This document shows, in pieces, positions 13,631 through 27,160 of a stretch of DNA of 64,000 bases (the first letter of the stretch is position 1; every line of letters starts with the position of its first letter). The stretch is from Camelus dromedarius (lineage: Eukaryota). The stretch spans positions 78,432,001-78,496,000 of the forward strand of contig NC_087436.1 of assembly GCF_036321535.1 (NCBI RefSeq), given 5' to 3'. The translations under genes were made by a program, and so were the position numbers. Under the pieces are notes generated by a model. That model searched no databases and was not told the origin of the DNA. It saw nothing but the letters and a program-made list of their open reading frames with translations.

Positions 13631-13830
13631 ACATTTTGAGTACTCATACATATTCTTGTAACAATTCTGTGAAGTAGGTAATATAATCCCCACTTTAAAT
13701 TAGAGAAAACTAAGGCTCAGTGTGGTTAAATAATTTCCACTCCAAGTTAGCAAGTGATGGTGATGTGTTCAAGCCTAGATCCGTCCAATGCCACGTGGAA
13801 AACAACCATTATACCATATTACCTCCCAGT
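13630..13830 (-). mobile_element. MIR SINE
   Basis: aacaattctgtgaagtagg...atccccactttaaattagagaaaactaaggctcagtgtggttaaataattt. Confidence 0.75.
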
Positions 13831-13854
13831 AACATATGCATTCATTGAATCATT

Positions 13855-14305
13855 CTATCCCTCAGGGCTCCAGCAAGAAACAGATGACACATTCCAATTT
13901 AATACCACGAAAAAAGTTTAATAAGAGGCTTGTCTCCAGTGGGGCAGGCATGGGTAGGGAACCTCAAGGGACAATGCACAGTTGGTATCAGTGGTCCCTG
14001 TTAATACCCAGAAGCCTGAAGGGGGCAAAGTGGCTGCTGGAATTTGGAAACAAAGAGGCTGTGTGGGGAGGGACACTTTACAGAAAATGTAAGGTAGTCC
14101 AGAATGAGCCAATGCACTGGACACTACAACAAGAGGGGAGGGGTGATGAACACACAGGCCTCCATCTCCTCTGTCCCTCTGAGCCCTGCCAACGCTCCCA
14201 TTGACCAAACCAACCTTGAGCCAGAGAGTGAGTAGTCTGGTGAAGCCGGCCAACTACCAGGGCACAGAACAAGGTGGAAGAGTGGATCTGAAAAAAGAAA
14301 CAGGT
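13855..14305 (-). mobile_element. ERVL LTR (LTR33-like)
   Basis: tcagggctccagcaagaaacagatgacacattc...ctcccattgaccaaaccaacc...cagggcacagaacaaggtggaagagtggatctg. Confidence 0.55.
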
Positions 14306-15789
14306 TGACCAAACGTGAACTAAAGGGAGAATCATGGTGTCATGAGATTTCTTCAGAGTCAGCAAGAAGATGCACAGAAAGGTATATTATTCCAAAGGAC
14401 GAGGGCAGGAGGTGAAGAGAGAGAAAGTTTGGCATAAAACATAATAAAAATCACACTTGATGAGAAAATAATATGTCCGTTAAAAATAATATATCCTTCA
14501 ATTTTTGTTTTCTGACTAAAAAAGAATAATCAAAATATGACTGTAAGTGTGCTTGGTTTTTTTCTTTGCTTGACCTGATGGCTTGATGACTTAAAGAAAA
14601 AGCGAAGAGCCGGGAAAAAACTAAACTAGCCAAGAAAAAGAAATTGAACTGGAAAAGCAGCAATTTCTGCCACTCCTCCTTCTCCCTGTTTTCTAGGGGA
14701 TAGTGGGCTCAGAGAGGACCCAAGCCCACGGGCTAAGTCGCTCCCTTTTGGAAATGAGCAAAAGCGTGGGAACTGAAGACAAGAGAACAAAGAGAAAAAC
14801 AAGAGGTGGAAGATAGCCACAAATGAACAAACAAAGGAGCCCTTTCATGCGAATATCAGCCAAGGGAGCTGCACATTCCTTGAATACAGTCAACAGGCAC
14901 CATATATTGAATAAATACTGATACCTATAAATTCTTCTTTCAAGTTTCAGTCTGTTGAATTCCTGTGTAATGAGGAATAACTCTACCATTAAAGAAAAAA
15001 TGGACATTGACACAAAAGCCTATTATCAAATAATATTTAAGTTGAAATTAAACACAGACATCCACACCAGCCCATTCTTCAAAGACAACCATGGATATTC
15101 AGAGGCCAAGGGTCTTTGCTGCCTTGGAGCACATGACACAACCAGCTGAAGGAGCAGAACTCAGTTTAAAAGCAAAGAGGGGAAACAAACTCTTCATGTT
15201 TGAATGATCAATGACTGCATAAAAACTGAAGGCAGGCAATTGAATCCCATGGATTCCCCTTGAGATGTACTTCCTGGTCCAAAGGATGCCGCACCCACAG
15301 CAGTGTCTCGGCATGATCACCACACACACCCGTTAGTCATGAGGAATGATGTCCAGAGTCCTCTGACTCACCACCATGAGGGGAAAGACCCACACCCAGG
15401 GCAGCAGGCCCTGTTCCAGAGGACTAAGCGGGAAGGCACTCATTTCAAACCACAGGGAAACTTCTCATTTTTTCCTCTATTTTGGCAGAGCTTTAAATCG
15501 TTCAGGTGAAAACTTAATTGCATTTAGCACACGGCAACAGTAAGTAAAGTAACCTAAATGATCACTCAGGGAAGTAACCATACTTTTTTACACATTTAGG
15601 TATACACAGGGAATTGTCACCACGTGTGAAACTGGGGCAGGAGCTGAGCTAGACATGGGAATAAGTATGTGGCCAAAGGAGAATCTGAATAAACATAGAA
15701 AGAAATAAGATGGAGAGTAGCCGAGTTCAAGGGCTTGCATAGGTCCATCACAGATAAACGTCCACAATTTACTTTAAAACCTTCAGCAT

Positions 15790-15886
15790 GGTCAGGTGGA
15801 GAGGATATAGCTCAGTGGTAGAGTGCGTGCTTAGAGTGCACAAGGTTCTGGGTTCAATCCTCAGTACCTCTGTTTTTAAAACAAAG
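15790..15886 (+). mobile_element. Vic-1-like tRNA-derived SINE (short)
   Basis: A box tagctcagtggtagag, B box ggttcaatcc. TSD tttaaaa(c/t)cttcagcat at 15773-15789 and 15887-15903. Confidence 0.9.
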
Positions 15887-17694
15887 TTTAAAATCTTCAG
15901 CATAGACAAGGGGACCCAATAATGTGTTAGTTGATTTCAGCTTCACTCGAGGAGCAGTTGGTTGTCCTGATCAGGAACCCACATTCGTGGGGTAAAAGCC
16001 CACACCCCAAAGGGACCACGCGATGAGCACTTCAGGTATTCATTCCTTGGTCCTCACCTATGCTTTTGCTAATGAGTATAAAGAATTTCAGAAATAGAGT
16101 TCCTTTGCTGAAGTCAGCAACATCTCAGCACCAAGGATGTAGAAACAGGCTCTTGCCAGTGAAAACAGTGGTATTCAAGATAATGTGGATCGGTTAAATA
16201 TCTGTAACATTTCCCACCCCTGCAAGAACAGAGCAAAGAATGGATTGAGGTTTGCATCCTGTATGCTTGAGGGTGAGGCTTCAGACTTAAACGTTCATGA
16301 GTAAACAGAAATGAGAGGGCTGCGGAGGCAAGAAATAGACACAGTGACACTTCAGGACAGAGATGATGCGATGTTTTGCTTTTTAAGTCCTTACATATGT
16401 AATCATCAATTTTTAAAGATCTTGAATACATTTCTTTCAAACACAAACTCTATACATTAATAACTAGTTACCCTAAAGCCTACACTGTACTTAAAAAAAA
16501 AATGTAAGGAGATCCCATGCTTATCCACCACTAACCCCTACCCCACACAGAAATACGCTACCTAGCCACAAACACGAGATCTCCCAATTTATGCTATGAC
16601 TTCTCTCTGCACTTCACTGGGTAATTTAACTCAAAATAACCAAAGGTGTTTGACTGTCCAATTTTCATATGGTAGCACATTGTAGCAATCTGTTGATAAA
16701 TACCTACCCTGCAGTGCCTCTAGATTAAAATTTAAAACATACCTCTTGAGATTTTTAACCATTACCATTTAAAGAATTTTCCAGTTTTTACAGAACCTCA
16801 CTTATAAACATCTCCAACATGCGGGGTTTTGTCTAACACTTTACCCCAAATCTCTTCATGAACTGTTTATTATTAAATTATGTGTCTACTTTTCATATGG
16901 TATGTTCGTTTTTCATAAGATCCCCAACTAACTGCTATTCCTAATTCTGCTGAACGACGACAAGGAAGACATTACAAATCTGCGGACAGTAACACTGGCG
17001 AGTGCTGGAGCCCCTGCAGTATTAAATACTGGAGAGGAAGCAGCCAGTTGTACAGACCCATCTGAGGTTTCTTTGCATAATCCTTTAATGAAATGAGACT
17101 GCTGAATTAGAAGAAGTTGGGCATCCCTGACCCAAATTCTTAAAGTAAGGGTAGTTGCCCTAGATGTCTGTCAAGAGTGTGCATTAGAGTGTATTCTTAA
17201 TCAGTGAGCAATCAAAACAAATATTTCACTCCGCTTCATAAATCTATGCTGTGTGATTGCATCTGACACATCTAGGAGAAGATAATCCCTTACAGTTCAC
17301 TGCCTCCTGTTTCTGAATGTAAGCTGCATTGACTTAAACAGGCCTCTCTCCACTCGGCCTGTACTGGAAAGATATGTAGAGGGTTCAGAGAAACTGGTGA
17401 AGCCAGAATTCCTAACTGGTTATTGGAACACGAATTATGGGCACCAGGACCCCCTGCCTAACCAGGACTGAGACTGCCATAGTTGGCAGTGTTCTCCCAA
17501 ATGAGGTACAGGAAGAAATTAACATGGGGCTCTTTCAACAGGGAAAAAAAAAGCACACCAGTGTGTATTTTAGTGTTGTTTATTTCAACACTGTTGGCAG
17601 TAGCAAAATGAAAAGAGGAAAAAAGAAAATTACCTCAATCTCCATCAATGGGGAAATCCTTGAATAAATGCATTCATGGACTATTATGCAATTG

Positions 17695-17940
17695 TAGAAG
17701 TGATACAACTTGGAGGTTAGAAACATGGAATGTGAGTCAGACTGCCTGAGCTGCTCACTCCTCCGCTTCCTGATCTGTGTGACTCTCACAAATTACTCAA
17801 TTTATTTAAGCCTCAGTTTTCTCTGGAAATGGAAGATGCTGATAACATTAGTAACTGCCTCGCAGGGTTCACAAAGGGATTAAATAAAGCGTTTATAAGA
17901 CTGAGTTGGACATAGTAAGCATCCAATAAAAGAAGCTATT
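17695..17940 (+). mobile_element. MIR SINE
   Basis: gagtcagactgcctgag...tgtgtgactctcacaaattactcaatttatttaagcctcagttttctc...tagtaagcatccaataaa. Confidence 0.75.
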
Positions 17941-18489
17941 AAAGATTAAAAATTAAATTAATTGTCTATTTAGGGCTAATAACTGAATTGCGTAGATGTC
18001 CTTGGCAGAGTAATGTTCATGGTAGGATAATATTTTTAAATGATCCTATGTATCTATATATATTTGCCGAGCCCATAAAAAGCTACAGAAGGACACATAC
18101 CATTTACAGGAGAGAGAGAAGAGAATAAACTTTTTCTTTATATACTTTTGTGTTGTTTAATTTATTATAATAAGTAGGAAATACCTATGCAATTTGTTAA
18201 ATCCAATGAAGTAAGAGAAAATGTGCATTAATCTCCAAGCATGTGTTTGGATACATAAAGTCAGGAGACATTTGGCCTTGAGCCCAGATATGGAAACCAG
18301 CACTGGGGTGGAGGAGAGAGCACAGCCTTGTGGCAGGCCAGACCAGACATGGTATCTCTTTCTTAACTATCTACCTGTATAACTGGACTGCAGACCCCCA
18401 GAGGACACTGACTATTGGTCGTTAACAGTGTCGGTGCCCACAGATGCTATATTAATGGATGGCTCCATCCCAGAGGGCACTGATTTTGC

Positions 18490-18830
18490 ATGCATCAGTG
18501 AAGATAGACTAGGTGATACTGCAGAGGCTTCAACAACAAAGGTTTCTTTCTCATCCACATTACATCGACAGTGCAGATCAGCCACAGCTCCGTGCCAGGC
18601 TTCCCTGGAGACCCAAGTTGATGGACCCCAGCCTTCATCTGGAACGCTGCTGAGCTCATGGCAGAAGGAAGAAAGAGAATGGGGAGCTGCACACTGGCTC
18701 TTAAAACTTTGCCTGGACATGACTCATCTCTTCTCTTCTGCTCACATTTTACTTGCCAAAGAAAATCAATCACATGGGTGTGCATGAGTTCAACAGGATG
18801 GAGATGTGTGATCTTCTATCAAGGAGGACA
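18490..18830 (-). mobile_element. MaLR LTR (MLT1, old subfamily)
   Basis: catcagtgaagatagactaggtgatactgcag...aacaacaaaggtttctttctc...tctgctcacattttacttgccaaag. Confidence 0.65.
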
Positions 18831-18923
18831 CCAGTGTGGGTGTAAGGCCCTGTAGCCTCGCCTGTGCTTCTCCGTTACTCTGTGTTATTCACATCTCTTC
18901 CTTCTCTTCTTGAGAAGAGGTTT

Positions 18924-19216
18924 ATAGTCCCTTATCTGAACCTCTTGGGGCTAAACTTATTTCAGAATTGAGAATTTTTCAGATTTTATGGTGCAAACAT
19001 ATTTCAGGTAATATACTAAACAAGATCTGGGCAGCATATATTTTCTAGACAAAATACATAAATATCCACATTAAATGAGATAAATGAGATTAGAAATAGT
19101 CTCATTTCTGGTACTTCCACCAAGTAAGTCTGCACCAAACCTATAGGGAAAAAAATAAGGATTTTCAAAACTTTTTGGAATTCAGAATTGCAGGTAATGG
19201 TTTGTGGAGAGGTATA
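18924..19216. mobile_element. Tigger-family MITE (MER46/Tigger4-like)
   Basis: tatagtcccttatctgaacctcttgggg...tcagaattgagaatttttcagatttt, with degenerate inverted end ttttggaattcagaattgcaggtaa. Confidence 0.5.
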
Positions 19217-22200
19217 ATCAAGAATTACCAATGGAATAAATCTGCTTTAATGTCTCTTTCTCCCACAGAAAAGAAGCAAAACCCATAATCAATGAGGCAT
19301 TTAAAGGAAAACCATATATCTTGGCAGTTCCATGAGGTTTCCATTCTACTTCCTGTCGAGACAGAATGATTTATGGCACCGTTTAGACCCAACATTCCAG
19401 GTCTACAGCAGCCGAAGAACGTAAACCAAAACCCTTGACATTCATGCTTCAAATTTCTCTTTATTGTAGTGACTTATGTTTATATCAAAGATATTAGTTT
19501 ATTTGAATAAATTCCAGGTAGGTTAATTCCAGTATTTATTCAGAAACTTGGACTAATAAGCAACAGTATGCTAGGGAAATCATCCTGAAAAAATATTAAG
19601 GGAAGAAATCAAAACCAAAATTGGGTGAGAAGCAAATAGCTCACACCAACCCCAGTCTTCAGGCAATCCTTGGTAAAGGCAATTAGTTGGCCTGCTCTTA
19701 GCTCCAAGAGAACGTATACGCGTCACTATTCCAAGCTAGTATGTCGAAAGGAGCAATATTTATGGTCAAAGGACCTAGGTTTGATTCTCAACTCTGCCAC
19801 TTACTTGCTTAGTAAGACTTAGCAACATTCTGAGCATCCATTTCTCACACAGAATATGACATTAGTGAACCATCTTGCATGTCCATCTACGTCGCAAGCT
19901 TGCAGAAGGATTCAGAGGAGGAAACATCTGCTCTTACAGCTCTGTGCTAGTGCTAATCGCTGCCATGATGCTGGTCTCTTAAAGCTGTCCTTAGGTCAGA
20001 TGTGAGAATCCCTTTTCCAGCCATCTTTCCTCCTCATGAACACACAGCAGAGACCCACTTAAGAGTTCACGGGGCTCTTCCGATCTTGAGGTACACTCTA
20101 CTCCTTTAAAAGCTACGTAAAAACTCTTACCCAGATTTTGGCTTTGTCTTAAGGATCTGTGTGCTTTATCTAGTTCCTTCTATTTAAGAAAAATAAAGTT
20201 TTCTAAAAGAACAGGCCATGCAAATTCTTCCTAGTGATATCAGCCCCAGGAGTTCATTTGACAAGCTGCAATGACCTCTGAGAAGACTGGCCAAGTCAGA
20301 GTTAAAAATTAAATAAATAACAAGATGAACTGGCACCATGCTGGTGCTCAGATAAGACACTAATATTCCAATTTGATGAAACGTAGAGACAAGAGGTTGA
20401 TTTAGTAAGGCTGTGCGATCATAAGTGATTTTTCTTATTATTTTATAACAAATAAGAATTGAGATTAAAAAGAGTCTTAAGTCCATTCTGGTTCAATACC
20501 ATGTATCAAGAATTTCTGGTGGAAAAGTTGGCTTATATGATATGTGAGTTTAAGGTGGGGAGGGGCAGAGGGGAAGAAAAGTATTTGTCTCAGAGTCCGG
20601 AATATTAATTATAGTGGCCTCTTGTAAATTTCAGACTTCAGAACTGTTCAGTTTAAGTCCCTGATTTGGAGGAGTTCTTTGTCCTTCTTCTGTGCGCAGT
20701 TCACGTTACAGGGAAGAAATCCTACTAGGTCAGTATCTTGGACCAACAAGGCAAATTTTACCTGTTATTTCTAAAATCTGAAAAGCATATGGGAAACATC
20801 TATTGATAACAGAGGGAACTACAGGAATTATTGTGAACCAGAGAAACAGAATCACAGCTTTCATGTTCTTTATTCAAATAATTTTCCTTCCAGGTCCCCA
20901 ATCCTATCATTTATACTTACTTTTTAAAATGTCAGAGTCCTTACACAGCTTCATTCAACATTTGGCCAGCATTTATTGAGTAACTGCCATAGGAAATACA
21001 GAAGAGAGCAAATCAACGTAATGCCTGTCCACAGAGAGCTTAAGTCAAGGTCTGGATAAATTCTAGTTTCCAATGGAAACACGATCCAGAGAGCCGGGAG
21101 GGGTCAGTACCAGGGGCCTGTTTTGCCAGGTGGGGATTGAACAGATACTACCTATAGGTAGGAAAGGCAAGGGCAGGTGAGTGAGGCTGCAAGAACCAGT
21201 CTTATAAAGGGCGCACCGCAGAGAGGTCAGCTAAGGCTGGGAGGCACTGGTAGGCGCCATAGCTCTGAACACACAAAGTCCAGAGTCTGGATAGTCAGAT
21301 AAAAGCAAGAAGCCAGGAACCAATGGGCAAAACTATCAGAGATCCTGATTAGAAGCCCTCTGCTCTCTCTGCCTTACTTTCTCCTTCCTCTCAGCTAAGC
21401 ATGGGCAGCCCCACTGGGGCCCACAGAAATGTGTTACAAGCATGACAGTCCTAAGTCTTCAGGAAGGTTCCAACCTAGAAGGGCACCGTGGCAGAGCTGC
21501 TGGGCTCTCTGTGAGGTCAAGACAGTGGCATGTTCAAGTCCTCCAGGGCACCGCAAATGTGTTACTTTGTAGCCAGACAGGAACACCCAGAGCCCAAATA
21601 AGTGAGCCACAACCCTTGGATCCAATAATGACAAATCCGGGGGGTTCGATAGAGAAACAACTGCTTTTAGAATTAGTAGTGAATGTTCATATACTCCCTA
21701 TACTAGAGTAACCTGGAAAATTCTTGGGACAAATCCAATATCCTTTTCCAAGATGCCATGTGAGTTTATCACAAACAGTAATGCTTCTATTAAGTAAAAT
21801 GGAGGGTGCATTTTCAAAGATATATACTTTATTAGGAATTACTTTGATAGGGACAGAAAGATATAGTGACGTTCTAGGTTATCAGAAGAGGGAGTTCCGG
21901 ATCAGAGCAGGAAAATATGTTTCAACATTTCTGGGATACCATCAAATGGGTTGAATGCCACGAAGAGGGATCACGATACGACTTTCTGTTCCAGGCGCAA
22001 AGATATGCCCAGCCCGCTGCCCATGCATCTGGCCCCGGAGCTTTACTGCAGACTTGCTCTCCTGCAGTGGCAGAAGGGCCATCTAGCTCAAGGTTCAGGA
22101 GCTGTACAGAGCAGCAGATAAATTTGGCTGTGGCTTGGATGCAATTCACAGCCTACAAAACAGACTATTTCCCTGTGCGGTTTTGTTCAAGGTCAGGATT

Positions 22201-22599
22201 ACACACTGGGGGAAAAAAAAAACCTCCCATGCATGAGTCAGGCAGCCAAATACAATTGTGGTTAAGACCTTCAGGCAGGGGCCCTTCCAGGGTCACAGGC
22301 ACTGTTCAAGCCACAGCTTTGTCATCTCAGCAGGGAAGGGCTTCCCACGGCCACCCCGAGCCCTTGCCCGTCGCTAGGTCAGCTCCTCGAAGCTCACCAG
22401 ATTTGCCATTTGTGGGACATGAATGGTATCATTTACAATTTCTGACTCTAATTCAACAATTTCTGACAACAAACCACATCTTCCATCCAAGATGATTTAG
22501 AGCTGACGTGATGTTTCATCACTTCAGTCCACGCTGGTCGGACACTAAGCATCACTTTCCGAACGCACGGTCAGCAGGCTCTGCGTGGATGTGCGCAGG

Positions 22600-22750
22600 A
22601 AATGGGCACTGATGGCTGGCAGAGCCCCAGCACCCACTCTCTGGGATTCTGATCCTGTAGATTTGAGCAGGGGTCCCAAGAATCTGGACCAAAGCAAGCA
22701 CCTCAGGTTATTCTAACTCAGGTCAAAGGCCCATGTTGTGAGAAACCATG
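22600..22750. mobile_element. MER5-like MITE fragment
   Basis: gattctgatcctgtagatttgagcaggggtcccaagaatctg...caagcacctcaggttattct...tgagaaacca. Confidence 0.55.
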
Positions 22751-24104
22751 AGTAAAGAGACTGAAATGATGTCCTGGCATGTGAACATATTTTAAACTAA
22801 ACACAGAAAACAACCCCTTCAAGTAAAAACACTGTAAGTTCAACAGCATGAAAACTCTGCTGTGGTTTTATTCTAGCGCTGGTGGTTTTACTTGTGATAC
22901 AGTAAGTATCTGTATCTGATGTTCAGCATTTGTCTTTAGTTTCACAAGCTATTCGCAAGAAGCCATAAATATTTTATGCAAATTCTGATCCACAAATGAC
23001 CAAATAAACTCAATACTTATGCGTGATTGACAGGGGCCGTGGAAGATTAAAAACTGTGCCATATCACCCAACACTATATATTTTCCTATTTGGGTTCATA
23101 ACCCAACATCTTGAACTTGCACTTTCTTTTAGCAGCAATAATGTTACTAGATTTATGCACCACAGCAATATGCCTCACATAATGCAAGTGCCTGATTTAC
23201 AATTGATTTTAAAGCTTGTGATGCACAGCTTAATGAAGGAACCTCTTTACTTGTCATATCTTTAATTTCAACTCTCATTTTAAGCCCAAATTTATTTTGC
23301 ACTTCTACAGATTTTTCTCTCCCTTTTTTCTCTATACCACTACTAGTAAATGGTTATGTGGGACATAAAATGTAATATATCTGCCAATACTAAAGGAAAG
23401 ACGCAGAAGATGAAAAAGAGAAATGAAAAGGGAAGTAAAGGAAAGAGAAGAGTAGGAAAGGAAAAGGAAGAAGATGAAGAGGAGGAGGAAGAAGATGGCT
23501 TCTGATTCCAAGCAAAGTGTGCTACTGTTCTTGTGCACTCCTGCAACACTCAGAGATATCTGCTCCATCCACCACCTCCACCTTTCCCTTCAACTCGTGC
23601 AATGAGATGAAGTTCACACAATCTCTCCCAAATCCAGTGATCTAGCTTATGCGGGCCCAAGAGGCCCTCAGAGATTTGGCAAAGACTCAAAACATACCTG
23701 GTGCCCAGCCTTCTGCCTCCTCCTTGGAGAGGAGACCAGAGGTGACGTCCCTATGCTGGAGATGCGCCAGCTCATCTCACTGATGCTCCATCCAGCAACC
23801 TGTCATCCACATGGTACTAGGTCTGGCCACCCACCTGGTGTTTTGAATTCAACCTCTTTCCCAGCTGCACTGATCTAGCTAGCACTCAACAAACACTTAT
23901 AAGCACTTCCAAAGTGCAGGTACTGTGTTTGATGCTGGGATGACAAGTTTAATAAGATTTAGAGTTTAACCAGAGCCTAAGCGGCAGACATAAAAGCAGA
24001 CAGACAGCCCTGCTGGAAGAAATTGTGGAAGATTTCCTCAAGGAGAAGAACCCATGTTGAGTCTTGAAACTGCTAAGGATTTTTTCTTAAGAATGATATG
24101 CCAG

Positions 24105-24177
24105 GCGGAGGGTATAGCTCAGTCGTAGAGTGTGTGCTTAGCATGTATGAGGCCCTGGGTTCAATCTCCAGTATCTC

Positions 24178-24252
<75 letters not shown>

Positions 24253-24417
24253 CTAATTACCTCCTCCCCCCACCCCCCCAAAAAAACAAGGATAAAGTAC
24301 TGGGCTTTAAAAAGAAAAAAAATAGAGAAAAAAAGAATAAGAAAAATAAAAGTTAAAAAAAATAAAGTGGCAATATAGACTGTCAAATTTTAAAATACTA
24401 AAAAAAAAAAAAAAAAA
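24105..24417 (+). mobile_element. Vic-1-like SINE with extended compound tail, inserted in an L2 remnant
   Basis: Head gcggagggtatagctcagtcgtagag...gggttcaatctccagt. Perfect 16-bp TSD aagaatgatatgccag at 24089-24104 and 24418-24433. Confidence 0.92.
24181..24251. repeat. (TAA)n microsatellite, about 23 perfect units
   Basis: Directly visible. Confidence 0.98.
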
Positions 24418-25438
24418 AAGAATGATATGCCAGATTGGCATTTTAGGAAGACCTCACTTGTGGTGGTATGAATTTTGCTTCTGAGGTGGGGTGGGGCAGG
24501 TAGTAAGGGACCAAGATGAACGGCATCAGGACCACTCAGGAGACTTCTGAGTCCACGACAGAACTGGTGAGAAGCAAGCAGAAAGAGGGAGGCATGGATC
24601 TGAACGGTTCTTCAGAAGGCTAAATCAGCTGGGCGTGTCAGATAAGGAGAACTCCAGGGAGATTCCCAGGTCTCTGACTCATGTGACTCGGCAATAAGTT
24701 TACAGAAACAGGGAAGGAGGAGGAGAAACTTGTTTGGGAAATGAGGGGTGATTTATGAACTCATCAAGAATTCCGAATCCCTTTACACAAGCCATTCACC
24801 CTCCACAGACTGTGAAGACTTTTAAATCTCCACGGGCTGTATTATTTAAAAAAAGCTATTTTCCCAAAAGGTTTGTTCTCTGAAGTTGCCCTGTCTAGAT
24901 TTCAATTTGTATGTTCCTGACTCCATTACGGTGAATGTCCACATACAGGGAAGATGTGTTCTGCTTTCAACACTTATTTCATCACCCTGCTCATTCTCTG
25001 CTCTTCTGTCTGTCCACGTTTACCCATTTGGTGTTTCAGGCATCAAAGATCTGCTGCTGTGTGGCTGGTGATTCAGCCAAGCACTGAGAGCAGACAGGAT
25101 GAGGGGCTCGGCGGTGCTGTTAAGAGAAGAATCCCAAGTGCTCTGCCTTTATTTCATATTTAATGAGATCAAATATGACAATTTATTAGCAAATATGAAT
25201 TCTGTATAACAGATGTATGAATATTTGTTTTATTTTATTTTTTGTATTTCTTTAATCCTTAGATTTAATTTCCATAAAATCACCTCATAAATATCTTTTA
25301 CCTCCTTATTCCCATCAACCATCCCTCCCTTCTTCCCAAACACAAACCTTGGGGAATTTTCTTCTATTTTTAATAAGACTGTGAATTTGTTGGGTGAGAA
25401 AGGAAGGAATGAAAAAAATAGTAAGATGTCTTTTCCAA

Positions 25439-26474
25439 GACAACTTACAGAATGGAAGAAAATATTTGCAAACTATGTGACAAACAAGGGGTTAATATCC
25501 AAAATACACAAACAGCTCATACAATTCAATATTGAAAAAACAAACAACCCTATCAAAAAATGGGCAGAAGACCTAAATAGACATATCTCAAAAGGAGACA
25601 TACAGATCGCCAACAGGCACAGGAAAAGGTGCTCAACATTGCTAATTATTAGAGAAATGCAAATCAAAATCACAATGAGGTATCACCTTGTACCAGTCAG
25701 AATGACCATCATCAAAAAAGTCTACAAATAAAAATGCTGGAGAGGGTGTGGAGAAACGGGAACCCTCCTACACTGTTGGTGGGAATGTAGTTTGGTGCAG
25801 ACACTATGGACAAGAGTATGGAGGTTCCTTACAAAACTAAAAATAGGGCTACCATATGACCCAGCAATCCTACACCTGGAAAAAATGGAAACTCTAATTT
25901 GAAAAGATACATGCACCCCAATGTTCATAGCAGCACTATTTACAATAGCCAAGACAAGGGAACAACCCAAGTGCCCATCAACAGATAACTGGCTTAAGAA
26001 GATATGCTGTACATATATACAATGAACTATCACTCACCCATAAAAAAGGATGATATGTTGCCATTTGCAGCAACATGGATGGATCTAAAGAGCATTATAC
26101 TTAGTGAAGTAAGTCAGACAGAGAAAGATAAATATTATATGATAATACTTATGTGTGGAATCTAAAAAAATAATACAAATAAATCTATATACAAAACAGA
26201 AACAGACTCACAGACATAGAAAACAAACTTATGGTTACCAAAGAGGAAAGGGAGGAGGTAGGATAAATTAGGAATATGGGATTAACAGATACAAACTACT
26301 ATACATAAATTAGATAAGCAACAAGGACTTACTGTGTAGCACAGGGAATAATATTCAATATCTTGTCATAACCAATAATGGAAAACAATCTGAAAAAATG
26401 TATAACTGAATCACTTTGTTATATCTGAAACTAACACAACATTGTAAATCAACTATATTTCAGTAAAAAAAGAT
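25439..26474 (+). mobile_element. 5'-truncated L1 (end of ORF2 plus 3'UTR)
   Basis: Translates [13 protein letters not shown]...[15 protein letters not shown] (L1 ORF2 C-terminus). TSD atgtcttttccaa at 25426-25438 and 26475-26487. Confidence 0.95.
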
Positions 26475-26754
26475 ATGTCTTTTCCAAATTAAAGTCCTTA
26501 CTGAGATGCTACAATATTACTAGAAATATGTATGTATTAGTATATAATACATATTATATACACTTATTAATGCAATGTATTTGTATTTATATACATTCAA
26601 ACTTGAGTTGACAGAACCACTTTGACTACCTCTGTTTACTCTCCAAGAAAATTTACAAAGAGTATATAAAAAATAAGACATCAGTTCAAACTTCGTGGTA
26701 CACATTTTTTTAAAAGACTCAATGATCCAAAATATCACCCAAAGGTTTGTTTAA

Positions 26755-27160
26755 CATCATAGTTCAGTTCCCTGAAAAGCAAATTCTGAAATGGAGTTTG
26801 CATGCAGGGTATTTATTAGAAAGTGCTCTCAGGATCAATACCTGGAGGGGAGGGAAGGAAGCAACACTGGCAGAGGGAGAAATCGGGCCTCACTGCAGGG
26901 ACAACACGGGCTGCAGCTGATCCTACTGGCCCTTCCAAGTTGTTTCAGTGGGGCTGGAGGGCCAGGCCTTTTAATCTCTGCATCAACCAGGCACCCCAGT
27001 CATCAGATGGGAGCTGCCCTTGGGTAAAGAGGCTTTCTGCAGCCAAGGGCCAGTGCCGGGAGAGAGACTCAGCTGGGAGCGGTCCACAGCCAAAACTCTG
27101 AGGAGTTGGGGTAATGAGGGCTTCAGTCTTGAAGTAGGATTCTGATAAGCACACCACACC
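26755..27160 (-). mobile_element. ERVL LTR (LTR16-like)
   Basis: gttccctgaaaagcaaattctgaaatggagtttgcatgcagggtatttattagaaagtgctctcaggatcaatacctg. Confidence 0.7.

Noticed and set aside
15790..15886. tRNA-like sequences (also at 24105 and 10180-10240)
   Set aside because: A and B boxes are present, but tails and TSDs identify them as SINE heads, not tRNA genes.
19269..19335. Plus-strand acceptor followed by KEAKPIINEAFKGKPYILAVP*
   Set aside because: Good acceptor, but no upstream exon partners, no clear polyA signal and an unrecognised peptide.
21917..22495. 192-aa plus-strand ORF
   Set aside because: No recognisable domain, non-ATG-quality start context and no convincing splice boundaries. 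Consistent with a chance ORF in slightly GC-richer DNA.
22877..22901. Possible 25-nt plus-strand micro-exon (ttctag|...ACA|gtaagt)
   Set aside because: Isolated, with no partner plus-strand exons, and opposite to the better-supported chain.
24132..24386. Poly-Ile and poly-Tyr ORFs
   Set aside because: Translation artefacts of the (TAA)n microsatellite.
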